In this document: positions 39,644-51,219 of the stretch, piece after piece
Numbering within the stretch: position 1 is the first letter of the stretch
How the letters are laid out: each line of letters opens with the position of its first letter
The notes under the pieces: model-generated
The model's database searches: none
Told to the model about the DNA's origin: nothing
What the model saw: only the letters and a program-made list of their open reading frames with translations
Translations under genes and position numbers: made by a program
From: Candidatus Porifericomitaceae bacterium
GTDB taxonomy: Bacteria; Pseudomonadota; Gammaproteobacteria; Porifericomitales; Porifericomitaceae
Reading direction: 5' to 3'
Assembly: GCA_965212005.1 (NCBI GenBank)
Contig: OZ243038.1
Coordinates: forward strand, 2,193,432-2,257,431
DNA: 64,000 nt

Positions 39644-40627
39644 GTGAACAGGCTTGCGTGCGAATTGCACCCGGAACGGGAAGCCTTCGACAGCGGATTG
39701 CTGGAAGCCGGCGGTGGACACCGGGTCTACTGGGAGCAGTCCGGCAGTCCCGGCGGCGTGCCAGTCATTTTTCTGCACGGCGGGCCAGGCTCGGGCTGTG
39801 CTCCCAAACACCGCAGGTATTTTCATCCGCAGCATTACCGGGCCGTGATCTTCGATCAGCGCGGCGCCGGCCGTTCCGGGCCGCCGGGAGAACTGCGCGA
39901 CAACACTACGCAGGCGCTGGTGGCGGATATGGAGCGGATCCGTGAGCACCTGCGGTTGCCGCGCTGGCTCCTGTTCGGAGGCTCCTGGGGAGCTACCCTG
40001 GCACTGGTCTATGCCCGGGCGCATCCCGAGCGCGTATCAGGGATGATTCTGCGCGGCAGTTTTCTGGCGCGTGCGTGCGACCTGGAATGGTTTGTCGGCG
40101 GCGGCGTGCAGCGCATCTTCCCCGATCACTGGCAAGCAGTATTGCAGGAGCTGCCGGAGAGGGAGCGCGATCGGCCTATGCAAGCCCTGGTGCGGCATAT
40201 ACTGCATGGAGACGAGCCGACCCAGCGGCGCTTGGCGCGCGTTTGGGCGGATTGGTCGAGCCAGGTAGTGTGCTATAACCTGGCGCTGCCTGAGGCCTCA
40301 GTAGAGCCCCCGGTCGAGCAGGAGGATGAAGAGCGCCGGCTGCATCAAGCGCGGATCGAAATGCATTACGCGCACCACCGCTATTTCCTGCAGGAAAATG
40401 AGATCCTGAACCATGCCGCACAACTGCCGCGGGTGCCGACGGTCCTGATTCATGGCCGGCGCGATCTGACTTGTCCCCTGTCGGCTTCCTGGGATCTGCA
40501 CCGCGCCCTGCCTGCCTCGGAATTGATCATCGTGCCGGAGGCCGGTCACCTGGCCGGTGAGCCGGCAATGACCCGCACCCTGGTGCAAGTCGCCACGCAT
40601 GTGGCGGAAACACTGCGCGGCGGATAA
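39644..40627 (+). CDS. pip: Proline iminopeptidase (alpha/beta hydrolase)
   Basis: VIFLHGGPGSG and GGSWGATLALVYA nucleophile elbow. GTG 39644 start. Confidence 0.85.
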   Translation: MNRLACELHPEREAFDSGLLEAGGGHRVYWEQSGSPGGVPVIFLHGGPGSGCAPKHRRYFHPQHYRAVIFDQRGAGRSGPPGELRDNTTQALVADMERIREHLRLPRWLLFGGSWGATLALVYARAHPERVSGMILRGSFLARACDLEWFVGGGVQRIFPDHWQAVLQELPERERDRPMQALVRHILHGDEPTQRRLARVWADWSSQVVCYNLALPEASVEPPVEQEDEERRLHQARIEMHYAHHRYFLQENEILNHAAQLPRVPTVLIHGRRDLTCPLSASWDLHRALPASELIIVPEAGHLAGEPAMTRTLVQVATHVAETLRGG

Positions 40628-40638
40628 CGCGCAGGATC

Positions 40639-41544
40639 ATGCAGTTCCCAGCGCGCGAGGGTCCGCTGATCATGGGCATCCTGAACTTGACGCCGGACAG
40701 CTTCTCTGACGGTGGACGATACCAGGACCCGGACCAGGCCGTGCGGCATGCGCTGCGCATGGTGGCGGAAGGAGCGGACCTGGTCGACGTGGGTGGTGAG
40801 TCCACCCGTCCAGGCTCTGACCGGGTGTCGGCCGGGGAGCAATGCCGGCGCACGCTGGAGACGATCCGGCGTTTGCGCGAACAATTGCCGGAACATGTGC
40901 CGATCAGCATCGATACTACGCTGGCAGAGGTCGCGGCGGCAGCGGTGGACGCCGGTGCCTCGGTGATCAATGATATCTCCGCCGGGCGCGAAGACGGGGA
41001 GATGTTATGTTTTGCGGCTCGCCACCGCCTGCCGCTGATACTGATGCATATGCAGGGTGAGCCGCTGACCATGCAGCGCGACCCGCATTATGTGGACGTG
41101 CTCGGGGAAGTTTGCGCCTTCCTGCAGCAGCGCATCGCGGCCGCGCTGGAGGCAGGAGTGGCGCCGCAGCAGATCATCCTGGATCCCGGCATCGGCTTCG
41201 GTAAAACCAGCGAGCATAATTTTTGTTTGCTGGCCGGCTTGCAGCGCATCGTGCGCCTCGGTTACCCGGTGTTGCTGGGCGTTAGCCGCAAGCGTTTTAT
41301 CAGAGAGCTTGGCCGGGCGCCGGTGCAGGATTGGATCGGCGCCTGCTGTGCCTGCACCGCGCTGGGCGTACGCCAGGGTGTGCGCCTGTTCCGGGTGCAC
41401 GACGTGCATCCCAACCGTCAGGCGGCCGACCTGGCCTGGCGCCTGGCGCGTCCGCGAGCGCCTGAACCGGCTGGGACCGGCGGCTTTAGCCCGCCACCGG
41501 GCGGCGGCCCGATGCCAGGTGCGGCCTGGCGCCGTCCTGGGTGA
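40639..41544 (+). CDS. folP: Dihydropteroate synthase
   Basis: [26 protein letters not shown]. Confidence 0.85.
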   Translation: MQFPAREGPLIMGILNLTPDSFSDGGRYQDPDQAVRHALRMVAEGADLVDVGGESTRPGSDRVSAGEQCRRTLETIRRLREQLPEHVPISIDTTLAEVAAAAVDAGASVINDISAGREDGEMLCFAARHRLPLILMHMQGEPLTMQRDPHYVDVLGEVCAFLQQRIAAALEAGVAPQQIILDPGIGFGKTSEHNFCLLAGLQRIVRLGYPVLLGVSRKRFIRELGRAPVQDWIGACCACTALGVRQGVRLFRVHDVHPNRQAADLAWRLARPRAPEPAGTGGFSPPPGGGPMPGAAWRRPG

Positions 41545-42673
41545 GCAGCTTTTTGGAATTGCGCATGTTGCGAAACAGCAGCGGTTTGGGTTGCGCCTGC
41601 TCCGGCGTCCGGCCGATCCTTTCCACTTCGGCGACCAGCGCTTCATGGTGGGTAGATTTGTCGCAGACCGGGTCTGCGTTGGCTGCGTCTCCGGTCAGCA
41701 TGAACGCCTGGCACCGGCAGCCGCCGAAATCCTTGGTGTGTTCCGGACAGGAGCGGCACGGCTCCTTCATCCAGTCAAAGCCGCGGTAGTAGTTAAAGCC
41801 CTCCGAATCATTCCATATATGATCGATGCTGTGATCGCGCACGTTGGGAAACTCGATCGGCAATTGTCCCGCGGCGTGGCAGGGTAACGCCGTGCCGTCC
41901 GGGGCGATGGTCAGGAAGATCGAGCCCCATCCGTTCATGCAGGCTTTCGGGCGCCGCTCGTAGTAGTCCGGCACCACGTAGATGATGCGCATTTTCCCTT
42001 TCAGCTTCTGCTGGTATTCCCGTGCGGTCTGCTCGGCATGCTCCAGCTGGGAACGGGTCGGCAGCAGTTGTTCGACGTTAACGCGCGACCAGCCGTAGTA
42101 CTGGGTGCTGGCCAGCTCCACGTAATCTGCCTGCAGTTCCACGGTCATGTCCAGTATGTCCCGGATTTGATCGATGTTCTTACGGTGCAGGACGATGTTC
42201 AGCACCATCGGGTATTTGTATTTTTTCACTACCCGGGCCATTTCCACTTTGTGCTGGAAGCTCTTGCTCCCGCCCAGGTAATTGTTTAACTCTTCATTGC
42301 TGGCCTGGAAACTGATCTGAATGTGATCCAGCCCCGCCTCCTTGAAATCCTTGACGCGCTGCTCTTCCATGCCTACGCCGGAGGTGATCAGGTTGGAATA
42401 GTAGCCCAGCCGTCTGGCTTCCCGGATCAAATCCTCCAGGTCGCGGCGCACCAGCGGTTCGCCACCGGAGAATCCAAGCTGCGCGGCACCCATCGCGCGC
42501 GCTTCGCGCAGCACGCGCAGCCAGTCTTCCGTTACCAACTCATCGCCGTACCCGGCGATTTCGACCGGGTTGGAGCAGTAGGGACATTGCAATGGACAGC
42601 GGTACGTTAGTTCCGCCAGCAGCCACAGCGGCTTGCCGTCATTCTTTAGTTTTGCCTGATTGTATCCAGCCAT
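41486..42673 (-). CDS. pqqE: PQQ biosynthesis radical SAM/SPASM protein
   Basis: [18 protein letters not shown]. Confidence 0.95.
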   Translation of the reverse strand: MAGYNQAKLKNDGKPLWLLAELTYRCPLQCPYCSNPVEIAGYGDELVTEDWLRVLREARAMGAAQLGFSGGEPLVRRDLEDLIREARRLGYYSNLITSGVGMEEQRVKDFKEAGLDHIQISFQASNEELNNYLGGSKSFQHKVEMARVVKKYKYPMVLNIVLHRKNIDQIRDILDMTVELQADYVELASTQYYGWSRVNVEQLLPTRSQLEHAEQTAREYQQKLKGKMRIIYVVPDYYERRPKACMNGWGSIFLTIAPDGTALPCHAAGQLPIEFPNVRDHSIDHIWNDSEGFNYYRGFDWMKEPCRSCPEHTKDFGGCRCQAFMLTGDAANADPVCDKSTHHEALVAEVERIGRTPEQAQPKPLLFRNMRNSKKLLTQDGARPHLASGRRPVAG

Positions 42674-42953
42674 TGCTTAATGCCTCCTGTAGAAAATTGC
42701 GCACGTCCGTTTCCAGTTCCGTCTCCTCGTATTCCGCCTGCAACTCACGGATGATCGCGGCCACGCTGTGCTCGCCGGTGCAACGCTTTAATATATCACC
42801 GGCGCTCATGCTCAATTGGATCAGCCCTTCCGGGTAGAGGATCACGTAGCAGCCCTGGCTTTCTTCCCATTGCAGGCGGAAAGTGGAAGCCATGCGCGGG
42901 CTCCATTCGTCTTCCATGTTGTGCGTCATCGTCGGGGTCGTCTTGGCACTCAT
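42639..42953 (-). CDS. pqqD: PQQ biosynthesis peptide chaperone
   Basis: 104 aa, [19 protein letters not shown]. Confidence 0.9.
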   Translation of the reverse strand: MSAKTTPTMTHNMEDEWSPRMASTFRLQWEESQGCYVILYPEGLIQLSMSAGDILKRCTGEHSVAAIIRELQAEYEETELETDVRNFLQEALSNGWIQSGKTKE

Positions 42954-42959
42954 TGCCCA

Positions 42960-43736
42960 TCATCCTTCATTTACGCAGTGATACGGCGGCATCTGATCGA
43001 CGTATGCGATCCACATCGCGTCCAGCATCGTCCACAGCACGTCCAGCTTGAACTGCAACAAGCCGAGCGCGTGTTCCTGTTGCTCGCGGGTACGAAAATG
43101 CTGCAGGGTGATCTCAAGACCATGCTGTACGTCTCGGCGCGCTTCTCCCAGGCGCTTGCGAAAGTAATTATAGCCTTGCGGTTCGATCCAGGGGTAGTGC
43201 TGCGGCCAGTTGTCGAGCCGTTTTTGGTGAATATTGGGAGCGAACAACTCGGTGAGCGAAGAGCAGGCCGCTTCCTGCCAGGAGGTGCTGCGCGCGAAAT
43301 GAACGTAGGCGTCCACGGCAAAGCGTACGCCGGGGAGCACACTGCGCAGCGACCCAAGCTCCTCCCGGCCCAGTCCGGCTGCCTGGCCGAGTTGCAGCCA
43401 CGCTTCAATCCCGCCTTCATTGCCCTGCGTGCCGTCGTGATCCAGGATGCGCTGGATCCACTGCCGGCGCACGTCGCGATCAGGACAGTTGGCTAAAACG
43501 GCGGCATCCTTCACCGGAATGCTGACCTGGTAGTAGAAGCGGTTGATGATCCAGCCCTGCACCGCCTCCCGGTCCAACTGCCCGGCATTCATGCGCTGAT
43601 GGAAAGGATGGTGAATGTGGTAGTAACGCTCCTTGTCCCTGAGCCGAGCCTCGAATTCTGCCCTGGACCATGGCTCGGTGTCTGCGCCGGGGCCGGGCGC
43701 GATTCCCGGTCGGATCGGTAACGGGCGTGCTTGCAC
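42960..43736 (-). CDS. pqqC: Pyrroloquinoline-quinone synthase
   Basis: [34 protein letters not shown]. Confidence 0.95.
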   Translation of the reverse strand: MQARPLPIRPGIAPGPGADTEPWSRAEFEARLRDKERYYHIHHPFHQRMNAGQLDREAVQGWIINRFYYQVSIPVKDAAVLANCPDRDVRRQWIQRILDHDGTQGNEGGIEAWLQLGQAAGLGREELGSLRSVLPGVRFAVDAYVHFARSTSWQEAACSSLTELFAPNIHQKRLDNWPQHYPWIEPQGYNYFRKRLGEARRDVQHGLEITLQHFRTREQQEHALGLLQFKLDVLWTMLDAMWIAYVDQMPPYHCVNEG

Positions 43737-44012
43737 CGTTTACTCCGCGCGTGCCCCTGGCCGCTGCCGGGGCTCGGCGGCAGGCCAGGGGCCGGGCTGG
43801 ATTGCGCTAGTCCGGGTTGCGGGGAAAGAGTTCATTGGAGCTGGGGTTGACTGGTGGGTCTGCTGGCGGGTCGGTTTCTGATCCCTGGCCTGCCTGACCT
43901 GGTCCGTGCCAGGTGCAGTACAGGCCGAAGGTAAAGGATGGGCAAGCCTGTCACGGTTGCTTAAAGATGCACCGGGCGGCCCGAAGGCCACCCGGTACAC
44001 GACACAAACAAC

Positions 44013-44087
44013 TTACTTGTTGTTAATGTACATGGTCACTTCAAAACCGAAGCGAACATCACTGTACTCGGGTGTATCCCACTTCAT
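44013..44087 (-). CDS. pqqA: PQQ precursor peptide PqqA (24 aa: MKWDTPEYSDVRFGFEVTMYINNK)
   Basis: Found by translating the minus strand. Conserved Glu and Tyr in E-V-T-x-Y. GGAGGAGAG RBS upstream. Not in the supplied ORF track. Confidence 0.8.
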   Translation of the reverse strand: MKWDTPEYSDVRFGFEVTMYINNK

Positions 44088-44383
44088 GATATCTCTCCTC
44101 CTGTGAGGTAAATGGATGGGGCAGAAATCTTCCCCGGTGGTTACGGCGTACTGCCTTGGCGGCCGCCTGATTGCTGGGTTCTACAGCAATAATCAAGCCA
44201 ATCCGCTCCGCTTTGGGCGGTCTGTGTGCCTGCAAATCCCTGATTATAGACTGATTATAGAAGAATTTTTGCTCTCCGAATGCACTGAGCTCCGGTCTTT
44301 TTACGGTGCCGCCGCATCCACAAAATGGCTGAAAACAACCACTCTGTCTCTGTGCCCCCTGCGGCAGTTTGCGGGCGGATGGC

Positions 44384-45964
44384 TCAACGCAGTCCGTGGG
44401 TCCAGCGGGTCAGCCACGGAGCCAACAATAACAGCAGCAGGCCGGCACCGATCCCGGCCCAGCACAGCGCGCCGAATATTTCCGTGTAGACCGCCAGCGC
44501 CTGTACGCTGGACACCGGCCTGCCGGTTTCGACCGGTATGGCGGTCAGCGCCGCGATCAGCGCTGCCAGGTATTCCGCGAAGGCGACGGCCAGGAACCAG
44601 GTGCCCATCATCATCCCGGTCAGTTGCGGAACCGTAAGCCGGGTGACCATGGACAGGCCGATCGGCGACAGGCACAACTCCCCGCTAGTGTGCAGCAGGT
44701 AGGCCAGGATCAGCCACAGCATGGCGACCTTACCTTGTTCCTCGGGCAGGTGCGCGCCTAACACCAGGGCGCCAAAGCCCAAGCCTGCCTGCATGATCCC
44801 GAGCGCAAACTTGACCGGCGTTGCTGGCTCCCGGTTGCGTTGGGCGAGCAGGCGCCAGAGGATGGCAAACAGCGGTGCCAGGACGATGATGAAGCCGGCA
44901 TTCAGCGACTGAAAGGTCGAGGCCGGAATCACGAACCAGCCGTACAGGTCGCGATCCACGACCCGGTCCGCGTACAGGTTCATCGAACTGCCTGCTTGTT
45001 CAAACAGCGCCCAAAACACGACTGAAAAGAAAGTAAGCACGAGCACCACGGCCATCCGCTGCCATTCCTCGCGCCCGCAGACCCGAAACCCGTAGTAAAG
45101 GAAAAACAGGCAAGCTCCGATCAACGTGGCGCTGAGGCTGTATCCTACCAGCGGTGGGCGCTGCAGCAGTAGCCAGGCAACGATCACTAAACCGATCCCC
45201 GCCAGGTAGATCCAATGTTCCAGCCGAATATACGCAAAATGCTGCTCCAGCTTGGCCGGGTGTGGCGGTTCCGCCACCTCTCCCAGGTGCTTCTGTCCGC
45301 AGCAGAAAATCGCCAGGCCTGCCAGCATGCCGATGCCGGCCAGGCTGAAGCCGTACCCCCAGCCCAGGGTTTCCCCGACGGCACCGACCAGGATGGAGGC
45401 ACTGAAGGCTCCCAGGTTGATGCCCATGTAGAAGATGGTAAACCCGCCTTCGCGTCGCGGGTCCCGGGGAGCGTACAGCCTCCCCACGATCACCGAGATG
45501 TTCGGCTTCAGGAAGCCTACCCCTACGCCGATCAGCGCCAGGGAGAGATACAGGCTCTGCAATGCCGCCGCGTCACGCTGCACGCCTTCCGGTCCGGAGA
45601 CCGCCGCTGCTCCTTCCCATGCCATGCCCAGGTGCCCCAGGCACAGCAGCACAGCGCCGAAGATCACTGCCTTGCGAAAGCCCAGGTACCGGTCCGCGAG
45701 CAGCCCGCCGATCACCGGCAGCGCATAAGCCAGGCCAAAATAGGCGCCGTATATGCGGCTCGCTTCCACGTCGTTGAACAGGAAATGCTTGGTGAGATAG
45801 AGAATGAGCAGCGCGCGCAGTCCATAGAAGCTGAAGCGCTCCCACATTTCCGTCAGGAACAGGACGTACAGGCCGCGGGGATGGCCTTCAGTGGGCACGG
45901 CTGAGCTCCTCCAGCGTACCGCACCGCCGCACAGAGGCTGTCGTGCGTTTTTTTCTGCTGCCAA
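44384..45964 (-). CDS. Proton-dependent oligopeptide transporter (POT/PTR2 family, DtpT-like)
   Basis: HPRGLYVLFLTEMWERFSFYGLRALL signature. Confidence 0.85.
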   Translation of the reverse strand: MAAEKNARQPLCGGAVRWRSSAVPTEGHPRGLYVLFLTEMWERFSFYGLRALLILYLTKHFLFNDVEASRIYGAYFGLAYALPVIGGLLADRYLGFRKAVIFGAVLLCLGHLGMAWEGAAAVSGPEGVQRDAAALQSLYLSLALIGVGVGFLKPNISVIVGRLYAPRDPRREGGFTIFYMGINLGAFSASILVGAVGETLGWGYGFSLAGIGMLAGLAIFCCGQKHLGEVAEPPHPAKLEQHFAYIRLEHWIYLAGIGLVIVAWLLLQRPPLVGYSLSATLIGACLFFLYYGFRVCGREEWQRMAVVLVLTFFSVVFWALFEQAGSSMNLYADRVVDRDLYGWFVIPASTFQSLNAGFIIVLAPLFAILWRLLAQRNREPATPVKFALGIMQAGLGFGALVLGAHLPEEQGKVAMLWLILAYLLHTSGELCLSPIGLSMVTRLTVPQLTGMMMGTWFLAVAFAEYLAALIAALTAIPVETGRPVSSVQALAVYTEIFGALCWAGIGAGLLLLLLAPWLTRWTHGLR

Positions 45965-46144
45965 GTATGTTATTATTCAACATTATATATTATAATTAAA
46001 TCTTTGTATTTAGTGATTTTGCAGAAAGTGTACAGCCAGCAGATCCGCGCCTTGGGCAGTATCATCCGGCATGGTGGACGTCGGACGAAATGCCAGGGGC
46101 GGGTTTTGCATAGTCATATTGACTCAGCAGGAGGAGATGAATCG

Positions 46145-48727
46145 ATGTTAACAAGCGAGCCGCGAGTCCGCAGGCCCGCGGCAGGCCGCGCCCTGATCAG
46201 CGTAGTGGCTGCCTGGTGCCTGGCCTGTCCTGCGCCGGCCCAGGAAACGTCCGCTCAGGACCAGGCAGAGGTTACGCCTGTGCCGCAGCCCGAGATCGTG
46301 GAGGTTATCGGGACCACTCCGATAACCGGTGTGGGTCAATCCGTCGATCGGTTTCCCTACCAGGTGCAGACCATCTCCTCGGAGGATCTGCAGCGCTCGC
46401 TGAGTTCCAGTTTTACTGACTATGCCGAGCGACACCTGGGCAGTGTATCGATCAGCGAAGCGCAAAACCATCCGCGCCAGCCTGATCTATTTTACCGCGG
46501 CTTTGTGCTCTCCCCGCTGTTGGGTTTGCCGCAGGGACTTTCGGTTTACCAGGACGGGGTGCGTATCAACGAGATCTTCGGCGACACCATGAACTGGGAT
46601 CTGCTCCCGGAGGCTGCTATCGATCGCGTCAGTGTGATCGGCGGCAGCAATCCCCTGTTCGGTCTGAATACGCTCGGCGGGGCGCTGTCCCTGACCACCA
46701 AGGACGGCTTCCGGCACGGCGGCCACCGCCTGCAGCTGGACGGTGGTTCTTTCGGTCGCGGCTCGGCGCAATTTGAAAGCGGGGGCAACAGCGGAATGGC
46801 CAACGTCGGCTCCGTGGGTTACTTTGTGGCCGGCAATTATTTTCATGAAGATGGTTGGCAGGATGAGTCCGAGTCGGATATCAACAACCTGTTCGTTTCC
46901 CTTGATTACCGCAGTGTTGATGAAGACAGTTCGCTGGGCCTGGATTATACCTACGGCGGTACCGAACTGATCGGCAATGGTCCGGCGCCGGTGGAACTGC
47001 TGCAGGCCGAGGGCCGCTCATCTGTCTTCACTACCCCCGACATCACGGAAAACAATCTGCACTTTGCCAACCTGATGGGGATGCACTGGATTACCCCGCA
47101 GCTCCAGGTTTCCGGTAACCTGTACTTTCGCAGCAATGACACCGAGGCATTAAACGGAGACGGCACCGAGTTCGGCAGTTGCTCCTTCACTGAATTCGGA
47201 GCCATGCCGGCGCCGTCCCTGTGCGCAGAAGATACGCTCGGTAATTTGCGTGCGGACGTGAATGCATTCATGGCCGAGAACCCGGGGCTCCTGGGTATCG
47301 ATGACGACACGCTGGCCCTTGAGTTGTTGCAAGCCCGGTCGGTACTGGCCCCGGACGTTGTGCCCCAAATAGACGATTTCGCAGATCGCCTCAATAACGC
47401 GCTGATCGAGGATCAAGACGGCATGACGGTCACTGCGCTGCAGGCAGACGGGAGCACCGAACGGGATGCCATTCAAAACCTGAGCATGCGCGAGCAAAGA
47501 GGTTACGGTGGCACCGTACAGGCTACCTCCCTTTATTCCATCGCCGGCCGGCAGAACCAGTTTGTCCTGGGCGGTGCGTACACGGAAGGTCGGGTAGACT
47601 TTGTCTCTACCGTTGAGGTCGGCACGCTGGACGATAACCGCCGGGTCGGCGGCACGGGTCTGTTCATCCCGGAGGAGGGCACCGGGCTGGAAGGACGCAC
47701 GCGCACCTTCTCTGTCTACTTGCAGGATTCCCTGGAACTGTACCAGGACCTGTACTTTATGCTGGCAGCCCGCTACAACCACACCCGCATCAGTCTCAGC
47801 GATCGTGGCGGGCAATCCCCGTTTACCGCTCCCCGGGAAGATTTGAACGGACGCCACAGTTTCTCGCGCGTCAATCCGGTGGTTGGCCTCAGCTACGTCT
47901 GGTCGCCGGGGCTGTCGTTATACGCCAGCTACAATGAGTCTTCCCGTGCTCCGACGCCGATCGAACTGGTTTGCGCCGATGCCGAAGCGCCGTGCAGCCT
48001 GCCCAATGCCTTTCTTGCCGACCCGCCATTGGAGCAGGTTGTGCTGCGCGGCGTGGAGACCGGCGCCCGTGGCAGCCTGGGCGCAGCGTTGTCCTGGAAC
48101 CTGGGCCTGTACTATACGCAGAACGAGGACGACATCATCTTTCAGAGCACGGGAGGCATCAGCTCCAACGAAGGCTTCTTTGCCAATGTCGGCGATACCC
48201 GGCGTTGGGGCGGAGAATTGGGACTGAGCGGGAGTTGGCGGCGGCTGGGTTGGGGCTTGAACTACGGTTACGTGCGCGCCACTTATGAGGATGAATTTCA
48301 AGTCAGCAGTCCCAATCATCCGTTTGCCAATGATGACAATGAAGGACTGTTTAGCGTGAGTTCCGGCGATCGCATTCCCGGGATCCCCGAACACTCCGTC
48401 AAAGCCAGGCTGGAATTGGATTGGACCAAGAGCCTGCGCATCGGCACCAGCTCCAGCTACTATTCCGACCGCTTCCGGCGCGGAGACGAGGCCAACCTGG
48501 ATGAAGAGTTGGAAGATTATTTCCTGACCAGCGTGTACGCCGATTATCGGCCTGGCGACGTCGTCAGCTTCTTCCTGAAGATTGATAACGTATTCGATAC
48601 CAACTATGAAACCTTCGGCCTCTACGGCGAGCCCGATGAGGTGCTGGGCGCAGGGTTTGAAAACCCCCGTTTCGTCTCTCCCGGACGCGAGCGCTCCCTG
48701 GTGATCGGACTGCGCGTCTCCATCTGA
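46145..48727 (+). CDS. TonB-dependent outer membrane receptor
   Basis: Signal peptide, plug and 22-strand barrel architecture. TonB-box-like EIVEVIG near the N-terminus. Confidence 0.85.
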   Translation: MLTSEPRVRRPAAGRALISVVAAWCLACPAPAQETSAQDQAEVTPVPQPEIVEVIGTTPITGVGQSVDRFPYQVQTISSEDLQRSLSSSFTDYAERHLGSVSISEAQNHPRQPDLFYRGFVLSPLLGLPQGLSVYQDGVRINEIFGDTMNWDLLPEAAIDRVSVIGGSNPLFGLNTLGGALSLTTKDGFRHGGHRLQLDGGSFGRGSAQFESGGNSGMANVGSVGYFVAGNYFHEDGWQDESESDINNLFVSLDYRSVDEDSSLGLDYTYGGTELIGNGPAPVELLQAEGRSSVFTTPDITENNLHFANLMGMHWITPQLQVSGNLYFRSNDTEALNGDGTEFGSCSFTEFGAMPAPSLCAEDTLGNLRADVNAFMAENPGLLGIDDDTLALELLQARSVLAPDVVPQIDDFADRLNNALIEDQDGMTVTALQADGSTERDAIQNLSMREQRGYGGTVQATSLYSIAGRQNQFVLGGAYTEGRVDFVSTVEVGTLDDNRRVGGTGLFIPEEGTGLEGRTRTFSVYLQDSLELYQDLYFMLAARYNHTRISLSDRGGQSPFTAPREDLNGRHSFSRVNPVVGLSYVWSPGLSLYASYNESSRAPTPIELVCADAEAPCSLPNAFLADPPLEQVVLRGVETGARGSLGAALSWNLGLYYTQNEDDIIFQSTGGISSNEGFFANVGDTRRWGGELGLSGSWRRLGWGLNYGYVRATYEDEFQVSSPNHPFANDDNEGLFSVSSGDRIPGIPEHSVKARLELDWTKSLRIGTSSSYYSDRFRRGDEANLDEELEDYFLTSVYADYRPGDVVSFFLKIDNVFDTNYETFGLYGEPDEVLGAGFENPRFVSPGRERSLVIGLRVSI

Positions 48728-49231
48728 GCGCGCACCGAACCGGCACCACCCGTTGAGGGAAGGCGCGGCGTCGGTGCGCAGCCGGCCGTTGCCGGAAGCC
48801 GGTTCCGAACTACGGGCCTAAGCGGCGCCCCCCCCGGCCGCTTCGGCGATACGCGGCGTGGCGTATCGGCGGCAGGGCAGGATTTCCGCCCAGTAGTTGG
48901 CCCAGTGCGCTAGTCGTTCACGGCTTGCGTTCACGGTTCGTGGTGAAGCATATCAGCCAATTTTAGAAGGCTTTCCCCTGTATAGGGTGATTTTGGGCCA
49001 ATAAAAACTCTTTGTTAACAATTTGTCATTGGTCTTGAAAAGTCATTATAATTCCTAATAGTTAAAGTGCTTTGGGAAAGTATTTTTCCAGGCCGAGGAG
49101 GCTCGCTGGAAGAGCTCCCTTGCTGAGTACATCAAGAAATACGAAGGCAATGTAGACGCGATGAAGGATGCCATCTCTATTGATGCGGCGATCCCCGGAT
49201 GGGACAGCTCCCGCACGTTATAATTGGCGTT

Positions 49232-50118
49232 ATGGCAAAGGAGAAAGAAGTGCTTCACGAGACTTTTGACGGGCTCGTCGGTCGCGCCGTGTGTTTGCTG
49301 CTGTTCGGTCTGGCGTTGAGCCTGCTCGCAAGGATGCCCATCCCGCTAACTACGGATGTCTACAAGTATCGGGGCGACCAGATAGCCATTAACCCTCAAG
49401 ATGCCGATGCATATAAAAATCGCGGTATTGCAAAGTATGCCTTGGGCGACCGTGAAGGGGCGATCGCGGATTACGACCAGGCGATAGCCATTAACCCTCA
49501 ACATGCGAAGGCATATTACAATCGCGGTATTGCAAAGTATTCCCTGGGCGACCGTGAAGGGGCGATCGCGGATTACGACCAGACGATAGCTATTAACCCC
49601 CGTTATTCCTGTGCATATAACAATCGCGGAGGTGCAAAAAATGCCCTGGGCGACCATAAAGGAGCAATCGCGGATTACGACCAGGTGATAGCCATTAACC
49701 CTCAACATGCGAAGGCATATTATAATCGTGGTATTGCAAAGGAAGCCCTGGGCGACCGTGAAGGAGCGATCGCGGATTACGACCAGGCGATAGCTATTAA
49801 CCCTCAATATGCGAAGGCATATTATGATCGCGGTATTGCAAAGGAAGCCTTGGCGCCCGTGAAGGAGTGATCGCGGATTATGACCAGGCGATAGCCATTA
49901 GCCCTCAACATGCGAAGGCATATTATAATCGCGGTATTGCAAAGGAAGCTCTGGGCGACCGTGAAGGAGCGATAGCGGATTACGACCAGGCGATAGCCAT
50001 TAACCCTCAACATGCGAAGGCATATTATAATCGTGGTATTGCAAAGGAAGCCTTGGGCGACCGTGAAGGAGCGATAGCGGATTACGACAAAGCCTCCGAA
50101 CTCGACAAACAGGAATAA
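49232..50118 (+). pseudogene. TPR-repeat protein made of near-identical 34-aa (102-bp) units, disrupted by a 1-bp deletion near 49846
   Basis: Repeats AYYNRGIAKEALGDREGAIADYDQAIAINPQHAK. The frame breaks at ccttggcgcccgtgaagg versus canonical ccctgggcgaccgtgaagg. Confidence 0.6.
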
Positions 50119-50375
50119 GGAAGGGGATGAGCGGAATGTTTAGTATGGATCAGTCAAAAGAAATGCTGCACGAGACTTTGTGGTATTACACAAGTTCTCA
50201 GGGCGCTTTGGACTACGAGAAACTTTGCAAGCTCCTTTGGGCCCTTGACTAGCCGTTCACGGTGCGCCTTGCGTCTTGCGTTGGCGGTGACCGCAGGCTA
50301 TGATCGTTTTTTCACCCATTGTACGGATGCCTCCCACCGGGGAGGCCGAAACGAGTCTAACGAGTCTTAAGAAAA

Positions 50376-50627
50376 ATGGTAAAAATCCGCCTGTCCCGGG
50401 GCGGTGCTTGTATGCGCCCCTTCTACCACGTCGTAGTCATCGACAGCCGCCGCAGTCGAGACAGTCGCTGCATTGAGCGCATCGGGTTTTTCAACCCGAT
50501 CGCCACGGGTAAAGAGCAGCGTTTGAAGATCGACGTGGAGCGCGTAGATTCCTGGATCAAGCAAGGAGCCCAGCTCTCCGGGCGCGTCTCCCAGCTGGTG
50601 CGGGAACAGCGGGCTACGGCGGCCTGA
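50376..50627 (+). CDS. rpsP: 30S ribosomal protein S16
   Basis: [28 protein letters not shown]. Confidence 0.95.
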   Translation: MVKIRLSRGGACMRPFYHVVVIDSRRSRDSRCIERIGFFNPIATGKEQRLKIDVERVDSWIKQGAQLSGRVSQLVREQRATAA

Positions 50628-50670
50628 GGCCGGCCAGCGCCGCAGTGCTGCGGACCTTGCAGGGTATGCA

Positions 50671-51219
50671 GTGGACGGCCCCGGCCGGTCGAGCGACGCG
50701 GGTGACGCGGTTGCCGGACGTTTCGTTGTCTTAGGCAGCATCAGCGGCATCTACGGGGTACGCGGGCGGGTGCGCGTCCGCTCCTACACGCAGCCGCCGC
50801 AGAAGCTGGCGGATTACCTCCCCTGGTGGAGCCGGTCCGGCGCTGCCGGGCATTGGCGTCCGCTGCCGGTAGGCACGGTGTGCCGCACGCGCAGCGGCCT
50901 GCAGGCGGAGCTGGAAGGGATCCAGGACCGCGACCAGGCGCGCCGCCTGATCGGCCTGGAACTCGGCGTCCCCCGGGCGCAACTGCCGCCACTGTCGCCG
51001 GGGGAATTTTACTGGTGCGATCTGCTTGGGCTGCAGGCCCTCAACTGCAATGGTGAAGCGCTCGGTCGAGTGACGCGCATTCTGCAGACCGAAGCCCACG
51101 GCGTGCTGCAGATCGACGGTTCCCGCGAATACCTGGTCCCGCTGCTGCTGCGCAGCCACGTGCAGGAAGTGAACCTGGAAGCGGGCACCATTCGGGTCAA
51201 CTGGCAGGAGCCTGGCTGA
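50671..51219 (+). CDS. rimM: Ribosome maturation factor RimM
   Basis: VVLGSISGIYGVRGRVRV. The true start may be downstream of 50671. Confidence 0.85.
   Translation: MDGPGRSSDAGDAVAGRFVVLGSISGIYGVRGRVRVRSYTQPPQKLADYLPWWSRSGAAGHWRPLPVGTVCRTRSGLQAELEGIQDRDQARRLIGLELGVPRAQLPPLSPGEFYWCDLLGLQALNCNGEALGRVTRILQTEAHGVLQIDGSREYLVPLLLRSHVQEVNLEAGTIRVNWQEPG

Noticed and set aside
43740-44000. 86-aa minus ORF in the pqqA-pqqC gap as a candidate pqqB
   Set aside because: Far too short for PqqB (~300 aa metallo-beta-lactamase fold), and the sequence is Pro/Arg-rich with no motif.
49062-49247. Short open frame (…FQAEEARWKSSLAEYIKKYEGNVDAMKDAISIDAAIPGWDSSRTL*) in an AT-richer stretch before the TPR gene
   Set aside because: No start codon and only 60 codons. 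Possibly a gene fragment, but unsupported.
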